The notes under the pieces were generated by a model, which had not been told where the DNA came from, made no database searches, and saw nothing but the letters and a program-made list of their open reading frames with translations. A stretch of DNA of 64,000 nucleotides from a virus, in IMG/VR virus record IMGVR_UViG_3300028898_000117; one strand, written 5' to 3'. The position numbers and the translations under genes were made by a program. Below, piece after piece: positions 33,561 through 43,183 of this stretch; the first letter of the stretch is position 1; each line of letters begins with the position of its first letter.

Positions 33561-34240
33561 TGAACATTGCAGGACCAGCACCTTTTAACCCAACAATTAT
33601 GAGTCGCTTGTACGAAGAGTGGCTTTCAAATACTATTGCTGGAAATATGAATTGGGTTGCTGCGAATAGTGGAGCTGGAACTTCGGTTTCCATCACAGCA
33701 ACGCCAGTAGATAAATTTCATCCTGGCTGGATACAACTCTCAACAGGAACTACGGCGGCAGGTCGATCTGGGATAAACCTCGGCGCTGCCAATGCGGTTA
33801 TCACAAATGGAGTTATTTACAACGAATCAGTTATCATGATTCCAAATTTACCAGATGGTATTGATAATTTTGCAATTCGATGGGGATGGGGAAGTGTAAA
33901 TACAGGAGATCATACCAATGGTGTTTATTTTGAATTCGACCCAGCGGTTGGAACAACTTGGTATGCCAAAACAGCAAGAGCATCAACAAGGACTACTCAA
34001 AACACAGGCGTTACTGTTTTAGCGAATAGTTACATAAGACTAGGTATTCAAATTACAAATGGTTCAAAGGCCGAATATTATATCAACGGAAATTTAGTGG
34101 CGACCATTACAGCGACATTCCCAGATTCTTTTACTGGAGTGTTTTTCACCATGAATATCAATAAGAGTTTGGGTACAAATGCGAGATTTTTGTGGGTTGA
34201 TAATTGGTATTACAATCAATCATTCAGTGCGGAGAGATAG
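33560..34240 (+). CDS. beta-rich structural-module protein, paralog A
   Basis: It aligns along its whole length with 34241..34918. Shared blocks are APFNPT, GN.NW, STGTTA.GR.G, RWG.G...TGDH..GVYFE.D, Y.NG.LV.TI and DN.Y.N..FSA.R. Confidence 0.6.
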   Translation: MNIAGPAPFNPTIMSRLYEEWLSNTIAGNMNWVAANSGAGTSVSITATPVDKFHPGWIQLSTGTTAAGRSGINLGAANAVITNGVIYNESVIMIPNLPDGIDNFAIRWGWGSVNTGDHTNGVYFEFDPAVGTTWYAKTARASTRTTQNTGVTVLANSYIRLGIQITNGSKAEYYINGNLVATITATFPDSFTGVFFTMNINKSLGTNARFLWVDNWYYNQSFSAER

Positions 34241-34918
34241 ATGCCACAATCAATAGCTGCTCCATTCAATCCAACCTTCAGAACAATGATGTACGATGAA
34301 TTGATGGCTGGCAGCACTACTGGTAATCAAAATTGGCTGACGTTTAACTCTGGTGGATCTTCTGGGGTTACGAGCGTAATTGGTGATGAAAAGCATCCGA
34401 GCTTATCTCAATTCGCAACTGGAACCACTGCTACTGGCAGAGCAGGTCAGCAATGGGGTTCAACTGCAAATTTAATGATCGGCGGCGGTGAATTAATGAT
34501 TGAGTCGGTTTTGATAGTGCCAACTTTATCGACCTCTGCCCAAAGATTTGCTTGCAGGTGGGGGCTTGGAACTTCTCAAACTGGTGACCATGCTGACGGC
34601 GTTTATTTTGAATATGATGAGTCAGTTTCAGCAAATTTCAGGCTTAAAGCTGCCAACTCATCAGTAAGAACAACAGTCGATAGCGGTGTTGCAGTTCCAG
34701 CTAACACATTTTTTCGGCTTAAGATCGTTATAAACGACACAACCAATGCCCAGTTTTACGTCAATGGCGTTCTTGTAGGTACGATCAGTACAAATTTGCC
34801 AAGCAACACTACTCTATTGCTGGCAATTGTTCATATAATTAAAAGCGTTGGTACTACTAGCAGGACTTTGCAGATGGATAATTTTTATTTCAATGAATAT
34901 TTTAGTGCGGCGAGGTAA
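34241..34918 (+). CDS. beta-rich structural-module protein, paralog B
   Basis: It is a tandem duplicate of 33560..34240 and is almost the same length (225 vs 226 aa). Confidence 0.6.
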   Translation: MPQSIAAPFNPTFRTMMYDELMAGSTTGNQNWLTFNSGGSSGVTSVIGDEKHPSLSQFATGTTATGRAGQQWGSTANLMIGGGELMIESVLIVPTLSTSAQRFACRWGLGTSQTGDHADGVYFEYDESVSANFRLKAANSSVRTTVDSGVAVPANTFFRLKIVINDTTNAQFYVNGVLVGTISTNLPSNTTLLLAIVHIIKSVGTTSRTLQMDNFYFNEYFSAAR

Positions 34919-34920
34919 AC

Positions 34921-36216
34921 ATGGAAGTTAATCAAAATGTTCTTTTAGAACTTGCACTGTATAACAATCGGTCTGACAGAGGAGTTAGGGCGAGAGTTTA
35001 CAATTCGGCAGGTGTCGAGCAATCTGGTTCACCTTTTACCTTATCTCACTTGTTTAATGGGCTTTACACAAATAACTCTTGGGTTCCCACTGTTGAAGGT
35101 AACTATGTTGTCTTTTATCAAGTATTCACAGATGGAACATTTGCAACTCCTGATGTTTCTTACAGTCAGGCGAGTGAAACTATTGAAGTTAGATCAATAG
35201 ATCAGGATTTAAGTTCACTCATCAATGGTGCGATCACGGAGCTTGGAATTCCAGACCTTATTCTTTTACCTGATAGCGGTACAAAGCAATATAAGTTTTT
35301 ATATCGCTTAAGGAATGCGACTGGAGCAACAAAAGACCCAGATTCAAATTCAGTAAACATCAGTTTTGTTGATGTGAGTGGAGCGACAGTTCTGTCTTCT
35401 ACTGCCATGACTAGAATTTCTGCTGGTCGGTATGAATATACGCACACTTTCAATGCGACAGATACAGAAAGACCTTTGATTGTAGTTTTTGATTACAATA
35501 TCAATGCTGTTGCTACACAAAGACGTGGAGTTTTTGAAGTTCAAAAAATTGAACAAACAGTTAATGCGATCAGAGCAGATTATACGACTGTTCGCGCAGC
35601 AAAAATTGATAACCTCGATGTGGTTTTATCAACTCGTGCTCCAGCATCAACAGCTCTTGATAACACAGTATGGACCAATGCAAAGGCGGCATTTATCGAC
35701 GCTGCAATTAGCTCAAGATTGGCAGCGGGAAGTTATACGGCTCCAGATAATTCAAGCATCGCTGCTATTAAAGCGAAAACTGATAATTTGCCAGCATCTC
35801 CAGCAAATGAAGTTACTTCGGCAGCGATTAAAACAAAAACAGATCAGCTCGCGTTTACAAGCAGTAGGGTTGATGCAAATATTTCATCAGCTCAAGAGGA
35901 TAGTATAGTTGATAAGGTTTGGGATGAACCTACCGCTGGTCATGTGACAGCAGGAACAACTGGAAAAGCTCTCACAGATGCATCTTCAGCGTCGAGTCCT
36001 TCAGCTATTGCTGATGCGGTTTGGGATGAACCATTATCTGGACACACTGGAGCTGGTTCTACTGGAAAAGCATTGGGAGATGTGGCTGGTAAGTTTGATG
36101 AAATTAAAGGAACTGGTTTTGATGGTTCTCAAGATACATTGGAAAAAATCAGTGAAAAAGAAGACGATATTAAGGGAGACACTTCAGCCTTATTATCTTC
36201 TGGAAATGGAATATAG
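34921..36216 (+). CDS. fibrous virion protein with internal repeats
   Basis: The repeats are AAIKAKTDNLPAS / AAIKTKTDQLAFT and VWDEPTAGHVTAGTTGKAL / VWDEPLSGHTGAGSTGKAL. These motifs recur in phage fibre proteins. Confidence 0.55.
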   Translation: MEVNQNVLLELALYNNRSDRGVRARVYNSAGVEQSGSPFTLSHLFNGLYTNNSWVPTVEGNYVVFYQVFTDGTFATPDVSYSQASETIEVRSIDQDLSSLINGAITELGIPDLILLPDSGTKQYKFLYRLRNATGATKDPDSNSVNISFVDVSGATVLSSTAMTRISAGRYEYTHTFNATDTERPLIVVFDYNINAVATQRRGVFEVQKIEQTVNAIRADYTTVRAAKIDNLDVVLSTRAPASTALDNTVWTNAKAAFIDAAISSRLAAGSYTAPDNSSIAAIKAKTDNLPASPANEVTSAAIKTKTDQLAFTSSRVDANISSAQEDSIVDKVWDEPTAGHVTAGTTGKALTDASSASSPSAIADAVWDEPLSGHTGAGSTGKALGDVAGKFDEIKGTGFDGSQDTLEKISEKEDDIKGDTSALLSSGNGI

Positions 36217-37389
36217 ATGGGACGTGAGCAGGTCATTGTAAATCAAAGTGTTCAACTTGGAATACGGCATTTTTACAACAAGCTGCTTGCAGACGTGTAT
36301 CAATTCATTGATGTGAAAATTCAAAACCCTCAAGGCGTGGTTGTTCACACTATTCCAGCATCAGAAATAGTTCATGATGACCTTGGAGTTTACCACGTCA
36401 CTGTACCTGGAACTGTGTTCAATGCGCCTGGTATTTATCGAGACGTTTGGGAGTTATATCCAGTGGTGGGAGCGCATCAGAGAAATCTTGCGTTTGACAT
36501 CAATGTAGTGACGACTCCAACGGCAGCACCTACAAATTATTCGCAAGCTTTGAGTTTTTCTTTGGATGATCTTGATGCTTGCCTGATGAAAAAAGTTTAT
36601 TTGTGGCCAGTGTGGAGCGTTTTATCGAATGGATATTATCTTGGTGATTTTAACCTTCAATATTCGATTGATAACGCTATCACATGGATGCAGAGACAAC
36701 TTGATATGCCACTGAGACGTATTCGAGTAAGAACTCAACCATTCGCAGCAGGTTCGCCAAATTTAGTTTTGGGACAAGATTATGATGAAGTTGGCAGATT
36801 GATTGATTGGAATGTTCAAGACTCAATGAATTGGTCGCAAGTAAAATTGCCTCACACTGGAATCATGAAGGTGTGGGCGCTCAGAGGCATTTATGGTGGA
36901 CATATTGTTTATGATATTCCTAGCGATTGGGTAAGTCGAAACGAATTGCAAAATGGAGTTATTAGAATTCGTCCTACAACCGCAGGAAGTATTGCAAATA
37001 TCGTTGATGGATCTGGAAGATTTTTGGATGTGACTTTACTTGAGAGCATTGGAATGAATAACGTGCCTGGATTTTGGTGCGTTGATTATGATTACGGCCC
37101 GATTGGTACAGATGAATACGGCACTGGCAAATTTCCGCGAGAAATTGGCGATGTGATCATGAAAAAAGCCACGATTGATATTCTTGACCAGATTGGTATG
37201 GCGATTGGCAGAGGCTTATCCTCAAGAGCAGCATCGGTTGATGGATTAAGTTCATCAATCGGGAATGTGGCAAATGCAGAGAGAACAATTTTTGGTGCCC
37301 TAGTAACCTCTTATCAAAGAGATTTGGTTCCAGAAAATTTGATGGACTTGAGAAGGTATTATAAAGGTCCTAGTATTTGGATATGTTAA
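36217..37389 (+). CDS. hypothetical structural-module protein
   Basis: 390 aa, abutting the previous gene's stop codon. Confidence 0.55.
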   Translation: MGREQVIVNQSVQLGIRHFYNKLLADVYQFIDVKIQNPQGVVVHTIPASEIVHDDLGVYHVTVPGTVFNAPGIYRDVWELYPVVGAHQRNLAFDINVVTTPTAAPTNYSQALSFSLDDLDACLMKKVYLWPVWSVLSNGYYLGDFNLQYSIDNAITWMQRQLDMPLRRIRVRTQPFAAGSPNLVLGQDYDEVGRLIDWNVQDSMNWSQVKLPHTGIMKVWALRGIYGGHIVYDIPSDWVSRNELQNGVIRIRPTTAGSIANIVDGSGRFLDVTLLESIGMNNVPGFWCVDYDYGPIGTDEYGTGKFPREIGDVIMKKATIDILDQIGMAIGRGLSSRAASVDGLSSSIGNVANAERTIFGALVTSYQRDLVPENLMDLRRYYKGPSIWIC

Positions 37390-37424
37390 CAATACGCTTT
37401 TAGCGTTAATGAAAGGAGAAAAAT

Positions 37425-37802
37425 ATGGGAGCAGCAGCAGGTTTCAAGAGATTATCTCAAGACCAAGTTGATGCAATCAACAGAGTGGAGGGCGGCTACC
37501 ACGGAAAGAAAAAGTTAGCCTCAATTATTGACGACGCATTAGATGTTGCGGTGTCGGAGTTACCAACTGGTATTCCACAAGCAAACGTCACAAACTTAGT
37601 TTCAAATCTTGCAGCTAAGTTGACAGCATCTCAAGGCGCGGCGGTTGCTAACATTGGAGTTACATCCAATTTAGTTGGAGTCGATGGAACAGGCAGTAAC
37701 GCTGCTCCACTTGTTGGAACAGAGGCTAGACTTGATGCTATTGAGGCAAAAGTTGATGCACTACTTGGATCATTGAGAACTGCTGGCATTATTGCTCCGT
37801 AA
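37425..37802 (+). CDS. small Ala/Gly-rich coiled-coil fibre-like protein
   Basis: It ends EARLDAIEAKVDALLGSLRTAGIIAP, and AGGAGA precedes the start. Confidence 0.5.
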   Translation: MGAAAGFKRLSQDQVDAINRVEGGYHGKKKLASIIDDALDVAVSELPTGIPQANVTNLVSNLAAKLTASQGAAVANIGVTSNLVGVDGTGSNAAPLVGTEARLDAIEAKVDALLGSLRTAGIIAP

Positions 37803-37814
37803 TCGAGGTAGAAA

Positions 37815-38675
37815 ATGTTTGGAAATCAACCAGGGTCACCAGGGAACGGAACAGGTTCTCGCGCATGGCCAACAAGCAATATGCTTTTTCCACAACTTGA
37901 CCACAAGGCTGTCAGCGATTTTGTTGATCAGTTCTCAGTGGCTATCAAGTATTGGAAGGCTATGCAGTGTCCCTGTGTGACTCCTGAGACTGGTCAGCCA
38001 AACATTTCATGCTTCTCTTGCAGAGGATTAGGATTTACATACGGTGAAACTGAATTAAATCCTATTTATCAAAGGGCACAAGTTCATAGCAGACGAAGTG
38101 AATCTCAAAGTGGCAAAGCTGGTCGTCTTATCCCAGGGTCCTGCTCGGTAACTTTTAAGCCAGGGGTTATACCTGGCGATGGTGATTTAATACAGATTTG
38201 CCAAGACAAAGAGGTTATCAACAATGAATATCACGTTGTTGGTTCAACATTGAACAATGGGGCCACAGCCGAGAGGTTGAGGTTTCGTGATATTGTTTGC
38301 GTCGAAAATGTGATCGTGTGGGACAAAGATCAAAGACAAGCATTGCCAGTTAATCAAAGTGACTGGAGTTTCGACAAAGATCAGCGTCGAATTGTTTGGA
38401 AAAATGGTCTGCCAGAAGGCTCAAAATATAGCGTCAGATACATTGCTACGCCTGAGTACATTGTTCTTGGAGAAACCTCAAAGCCATTGCTTAGGGTAGC
38501 TCACGATGACAATGAACCAGACCCAGCAAGCTACAGAAAAGACATTGTTTATCCGTACAATGTGATTGCATCGAGATTAGATCGTGCAATTTTGCAAAGA
38601 AACAGGGAAAATACAAGTAATCCTAAAGAGAATTTGTTTGATAAGAAGCAGGGTAAAAAAGGCATTTTTGCGTGA
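37815..38675 (+). CDS. structural-module protein with CxC...CxxCxGxG zinc knuckle
   Basis: It contains MQCPCVTPETGQPNISCFSCRGLGFTY. Confidence 0.55.
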   Translation: MFGNQPGSPGNGTGSRAWPTSNMLFPQLDHKAVSDFVDQFSVAIKYWKAMQCPCVTPETGQPNISCFSCRGLGFTYGETELNPIYQRAQVHSRRSESQSGKAGRLIPGSCSVTFKPGVIPGDGDLIQICQDKEVINNEYHVVGSTLNNGATAERLRFRDIVCVENVIVWDKDQRQALPVNQSDWSFDKDQRRIVWKNGLPEGSKYSVRYIATPEYIVLGETSKPLLRVAHDDNEPDPASYRKDIVYPYNVIASRLDRAILQRNRENTSNPKENLFDKKQGKKGIFA

Positions 38676-38681
38676 GGTTTT

Positions 38682-39449
38682 ATGTACATTGGATTTAAAA
38701 AATTAAAATCAAAACTTGCTCACAAAAAAGGTAAATCTAAGGTGGATAACCCTGCGGCTGTAGCTGCTGCCATTGGAATAAAAAAATATGGAAAAAAGAA
38801 AATGATGGAGGCAGCTCATTCTCATCATAAATTGAAAAAGGCTGTGCATTCTGCTCATGTAGCAGTAGTAAGCATGGGCGGCGGCAAGCATGGATTATCT
38901 GCCAGCCCGAAGGCGACTGGCGTTGCTGGAAAATTTAGTCTAGGTAAAACTGGAGGCGGCCACGCTGTTTCCAGCTATTCACATAAAGAATCAAATAAGG
39001 GGTGGAGCAAGAAAGACCACATGGATGCATACCGCGCACATTTTAAGCACGTCTCATCATTGTCTCAAGATTCAACAGTTCATAAAGACCTGTTAACACA
39101 CCATAAAGAGGCAATGCAGCATCACTGGAAAGCGGCAAATGCAGATGATGTGAAAAAGGCTTTGATTGAATGGCTTTTTAAGGCAAAACGAAAAAAATAT
39201 CGAAATAAAGTCATCGGTAAGACCGTGAGTGGAAAAGCTGTGTACAGTCATCATAAACATCACGAACACAAACATTTCTCAGAACAGGACCATAAAGAGG
39301 CAGCTCACATTCATCACGAGAAAGTTTTAAAATTATTGGATAAAATGATGCATAGTAAGGGACATATTCATGCTTTGCTTGGAAAACTTCTTAAGCATCA
39401 TGGAGAGGGAGCTTATCATCATCACCACCACGGCCATAAGGAGGGATAA
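38682..39449 (+). CDS. His/Lys-rich protein ending in HHHHHGHKEG
   Basis: Stretches include AAHSHHKLKKAVHSAHVA, KKDHMDAYRAHFKH, THHKEAMQHHWKAA and YSHHKHHEHKHFSEQDHKEAAHIHHEKV. The C-terminus is AYHHHHHGHKEG. Confidence 0.6.
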   Translation: MYIGFKKLKSKLAHKKGKSKVDNPAAVAAAIGIKKYGKKKMMEAAHSHHKLKKAVHSAHVAVVSMGGGKHGLSASPKATGVAGKFSLGKTGGGHAVSSYSHKESNKGWSKKDHMDAYRAHFKHVSSLSQDSTVHKDLLTHHKEAMQHHWKAANADDVKKALIEWLFKAKRKKYRNKVIGKTVSGKAVYSHHKHHEHKHFSEQDHKEAAHIHHEKVLKLLDKMMHSKGHIHALLGKLLKHHGEGAYHHHHHGHKEG

Positions 39450-39838
39450 TGGCAGATTTACTATTTAAACAAAATATTTCTTCGAGTATTTCAAAAGCCC
39501 CTGCTACGGCTGGAGCGGCGATCACTGAAAAATATTTCGAGGCATCTGAGGTCCTTGAGGACAATACCAGCTACAATGAAGTCATGAACTCCAGGTTTCT
39601 TGTTGCTGCAAGTGTTACTGATCAAGTTATTGGCATGGGCACTGTTGCTCTTGGTAAGGTTTTGATTTTAAAACCCAGTGCAGACCTTGGTATTAAATTG
39701 ACAAATGGAGCTGGCGAGAGTCAGCTTATTGCTGTTAAGGCAAATAAACTTACCATTTTACATGCGGAGTTTACTGGATTAAAATTTACGACAGACACGG
39801 TTGATGTTAAAGGTCAACTTTGCATAGCGGGAGATTAA
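39449..39838 (+). CDS. hypothetical beta-rich protein
   Basis: 129 aa with TAATG coupling. Confidence 0.55.
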   Translation: MADLLFKQNISSSISKAPATAGAAITEKYFEASEVLEDNTSYNEVMNSRFLVAASVTDQVIGMGTVALGKVLILKPSADLGIKLTNGAGESQLIAVKANKLTILHAEFTGLKFTTDTVDVKGQLCIAGD

Positions 39839-39839
39839 G

Positions 39840-40046
39840 ATGGCTTCACGAACAAAGGATGAAATAACCAAAGAAGCTCAAGTGATTGCAAAGCAATTCA
39901 ACATCACTGTTGATTCGACGCATGCAGGAAAGACGGGAGCTTTGGGTACTAATCCGTCGATGACTTGGGAACAGGCAATGATTCGATTGCAATTACTTCA
40001 GATTGAGTTATTGCAAAATATTCGTCAAAACGAAACCAATCCGTAG
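39840..40046 (+). CDS. hypothetical protein
   Basis: 68-aa ORF, tightly packed against its neighbours. Confidence 0.5.
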   Translation: MASRTKDEITKEAQVIAKQFNITVDSTHAGKTGALGTNPSMTWEQAMIRLQLLQIELLQNIRQNETNP

Positions 40047-40054
40047 GAGGATTT

Positions 40055-40732
40055 ATGATTTTAAGAATTGCACAGATAACACCATCAACTTTGCCGAAAA
40101 ATATTATTATTTTGGCAAAAGGCATGAACCAAACCAAAAAAACTGGCGGCGAGCAGTTTCAAAAGGTTCCAATCGAGAGCGCACATCATCAGGGTATTAA
40201 GCCTTCGAGTGTTGCTGGCGTTTCTTGGGTGGACTTTGTTGAGGTGTTTGCAGGTGGACCAGTAGAAGGTCGTAATGAAGTACAGACGATCACTCCAGAT
40301 GCAGCTCCCACCGCTGGAAACTTCAAGCTTACCTTCAGTGGTATTCAGACTGGAAATATCGCGTACAACGCAAGTGCAGCGACAATTCAATCAGCTCTTG
40401 AGGGCTTAAGCTCTGTAGGCGCTGGAAATGTTTCAGTTAGCGGAACGCTTGCGACAGCACTGGTTATCACATTTATCAATGCTCTTGGTAAAAAAGATCA
40501 ATCAGCATTGTCAATTGATGTGAGTGGATTAACCACAACAACTTCAGCAACAGTTGTTGAGACGGTAAAAGGTAAAGTTGAAACTGAGTTGAAACCAGAA
40601 TTGGATATGACTGGCGTTTTCCAAGTGAAAATGTACCCAGGAACAACAAATCCTATTCAGGAAACAACAGACGCAGGAAATGTTCTTTACCAACTTGAGG
40701 CCGTTGAATTTGTAAGAAATCAAGGTGTGTAA
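40055..40732 (+). CDS. virion-module protein with TAGNFKLTFSG...YNASAATIQSALEGL domain
   Basis: It has a strong AGGAGG RBS. The domain pattern recurs in phage structural proteins, but I cannot name its function. Confidence 0.55.
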   Translation: MILRIAQITPSTLPKNIIILAKGMNQTKKTGGEQFQKVPIESAHHQGIKPSSVAGVSWVDFVEVFAGGPVEGRNEVQTITPDAAPTAGNFKLTFSGIQTGNIAYNASAATIQSALEGLSSVGAGNVSVSGTLATALVITFINALGKKDQSALSIDVSGLTTTTSATVVETVKGKVETELKPELDMTGVFQVKMYPGTTNPIQETTDAGNVLYQLEAVEFVRNQGV

Positions 40733-41247
40733 TGAGTAAGTTAGCAAGCGTTATCGCAAAAGCGAAACACATGAGGCATCCTGAAAAGCCTGAGAAGAAA
40801 GCGAAGAAGTGTTATGGCAGTTTGGAAAAAGCGATTCAATTCGCTAAAGAAAGAATTGAGAACGACACTTTGGAAAAAGGTTGCTTGGATGCTATGTATC
40901 ATCATGCTCTGCATGCCAAAGCCGCCGATAGTGCTTGCTATCAGTCTCTTGATGGAAAATCCAAGCCAGTTAGTCCAGAGGAAGTTGAAAAATGCAAGAA
41001 GGCAGCGTCGAAGCATGAATTCATGATGTTGAGACACGCGCTTGAGATGGCACGAAAAAAGGGTGAAGGTTCATGGCGCGGTAACATGACTTCAAAACTT
41101 CGCAAGTACATTGATTTCATGGAGAGTGAAGGCTGGGATATGGAAAAAGACCCAGACTACCAGAAGGCTTTAAAACACTATCAAAAAGGTGGTGAGTTTA
41201 AGCATCACGAAGACGACGGGGATTTCAAAGAAGACTACAAGGAGTAG
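40732..41247 (+). CDS. Lys/His-rich helical protein
   Basis: Stretches include KAKHMRHPEKPEKKAKK, MYHHALHAKAA, SKHEFMMLRHALEMARKKG and EFKHHEDDGD. Confidence 0.55.
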   Translation: MSKLASVIAKAKHMRHPEKPEKKAKKCYGSLEKAIQFAKERIENDTLEKGCLDAMYHHALHAKAADSACYQSLDGKSKPVSPEEVEKCKKAASKHEFMMLRHALEMARKKGEGSWRGNMTSKLRKYIDFMESEGWDMEKDPDYQKALKHYQKGGEFKHHEDDGDFKEDYKE

Positions 41248-41248
41248 T

Positions 41249-41647
41249 ATGCCTGGATTTATCAAGACCGCAGCACAAGAGGCAAAATGGAAACGTGCCA
41301 AACGTGCTGTGAGTCGATCTAGGCATAAAAAGAAAAAAGATTTTCAAAAACGTGACTGGGGACTTGTGACACACATTTATCAAGGAATAAAAAAAGCCAT
41401 AAATGTTCTTCAGCAACCACATCTTCAGTATGTGGTTTATTCCGTTGTCGCTAAAAGTGGAAAAAAAGTTTATCACCAATCGTATGAGGATATGTCTGAT
41501 GCTCAAGAGCACAAAAAAAATCTTCAGAGATTGTACAAGGGGTACATTCAGGTTGGCATCGAGGAAAAAATAGGAAAGTTCAAATCATCAGTGATGAAGG
41601 CATCTCTTGAGCTTGAGGAAAAGCTCAATGGTAAAAATCGTTTTTAA
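41249..41647 (+). CDS. basic protein
   Basis: AGGAGTAGT precedes ATG 41249. The sequence includes AKWKRAKRAVSRSRHKKKKDFQKRDW. Confidence 0.5.
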   Translation: MPGFIKTAAQEAKWKRAKRAVSRSRHKKKKDFQKRDWGLVTHIYQGIKKAINVLQQPHLQYVVYSVVAKSGKKVYHQSYEDMSDAQEHKKNLQRLYKGYIQVGIEEKIGKFKSSVMKASLELEEKLNGKNRF

Positions 41648-42389
41648 TTATCCAAAATCATTAGGAAGAAATGTTACCGTGATGAATGCCATCAAGGACT
41701 CGGCTGAATTTATTAGAGATTTGTGGCTTGCAAGATCGCCATACGTCAGCGGTGACTATGCTAACGGCTTACTTCATTCTGGTTCTGTTCGAGTTCGAGA
41801 TGGGAAAATTGAAATCACAAATTTTTCAAAGCATGCAGCTATCATTGAGAATGGATTTTCTGCTTATAACTGGGGAATGAAGGTTTTATTGGGCGGGAAA
41901 AATGTAAAGGTTAGCAAAGAGGGAAATCGGTACAAAATTATTCACATTAAACAGGCCACACAAACAAAATTTAGAAAAGAAAGTGTTTCACAAAGAATTA
42001 TGAGTTCATATCAAAAACTCATTCCAATTGGCATGAAAACAAATTTAGCAACAAAATATGGAAATGTTCGCAGATATGAGCCAAAGAGGGCGCTGCGTAG
42101 GCCATTAAAGCCAGGCAAGGCCAAATCTGGGACTCCGAGAGGATTTTTCGTTGTCAGCGAGAAGGCTATAAGGGAAAATCCCTCTAAATGGACGATGCCT
42201 CAAAGGGCTGGGCGAAAATTAGGTGAGCAAGTTCAAAAAGAGTCTTCGCCATTGATAAAACAAGCAATCGCAAAAGCGGTTCAATTTGAAAGAAATCGTC
42301 AGTATAGACTGCGTGGGGGAAATCCTAAATGGTACAAGCCAAGCATGAGCAGAAATCCCATCCAAACAGTCCCAGTCAGGAGTAAGTAA
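41628..42389 (+). CDS. HK97 gp10-like head-tail/tail-completion protein
   Basis: The stretch AIKDSAEFIRDLWLARSPYVSGDYANGL...HAAIIENG resembles the gp10-family pattern. GAGGAA precedes ATG 41628. Confidence 0.45.
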   Translation: MVKIVFNYPKSLGRNVTVMNAIKDSAEFIRDLWLARSPYVSGDYANGLLHSGSVRVRDGKIEITNFSKHAAIIENGFSAYNWGMKVLLGGKNVKVSKEGNRYKIIHIKQATQTKFRKESVSQRIMSSYQKLIPIGMKTNLATKYGNVRRYEPKRALRRPLKPGKAKSGTPRGFFVVSEKAIRENPSKWTMPQRAGRKLGEQVQKESSPLIKQAIAKAVQFERNRQYRLRGGNPKWYKPSMSRNPIQTVPVRSK

Positions 42390-43183
42390 TGGGTCTTATT
42401 TATGCAGAGCGTTTAATTGAGTATGCGATCAGGGTCGGGGTTGATGATTTACAAAATGATAAAGAGTTGGTTCGTCTTGCATTCCCTGTCGATAAAAAAA
42501 TCAATGCTGGGGCTGACGTTACTCCAGATGGGGCCGAGCAAAAAGTTTTTGAACCACTGCCTATGGATTATTTTCAAACCAGATTATCTGAAATCCCAAA
42601 GGTGAAGGGTGAAACTGGTAAGCAGGATATTTTCGCGAATTCAATGCCTGGTATTGATGATGTTTACTCTTATTTGAATAAGGACGATTTAAGTTTCAAA
42701 ATCACTCATGGTTTTCCTAGAGAGCCAGGCGACTTGCCAGCCATTGCTATCACACTAGGAAATGAGGACGAGAGTCAGTACTTGGGTGGGCAAAAGGGAC
42801 GCATTGGAAAATATGTTATTGTTGGATCTGATTTTTCATCACAATATCAAGTTCACATTTTAACTCCAAACTACGATGAAACAATAATTTGGTATTTTAT
42901 TTTGAAATACTGCTTTCTTAGATACCGTCCAATTATGGAAATTTATGGAATGAGGCAAATTAAAATTTCATTTCTGGACCCAGAACCAGCTCCCGAATAT
43001 TTGCAAGCTGGTATTTTTATTTACCAAAGGACTTGCATTCTGGCTTGCGTGAAGGATGAGGATATTCCGATTGAAGAAAAGGGATACACAGAGCTTATCG
43101 GTAAGGTCACAAGTCAGGATACACAGACCACGATAGTACCGACCGATGCTGAAGGGGAAGACCCAGAAGTGGTAGGTCCGTGA
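42389..43183 (+). CDS. hypothetical head-tail module protein
   Basis: 264 aa with TAATG coupling. Confidence 0.55.
   Translation: MGLIYAERLIEYAIRVGVDDLQNDKELVRLAFPVDKKINAGADVTPDGAEQKVFEPLPMDYFQTRLSEIPKVKGETGKQDIFANSMPGIDDVYSYLNKDDLSFKITHGFPREPGDLPAIAITLGNEDESQYLGGQKGRIGKYVIVGSDFSSQYQVHILTPNYDETIIWYFILKYCFLRYRPIMEIYGMRQIKISFLDPEPAPEYLQAGIFIYQRTCILACVKDEDIPIEEKGYTELIGKVTSQDTQTTIVPTDAEGEDPEVVGP

Noticed and set aside
37390-37424. Hairpin ACGCT-ttt-AGCGT after 36217..37389 as a terminator
   Set aside because: It has only a 5-bp stem and a 3-nt loop, with no T-run. That is too weak to call.
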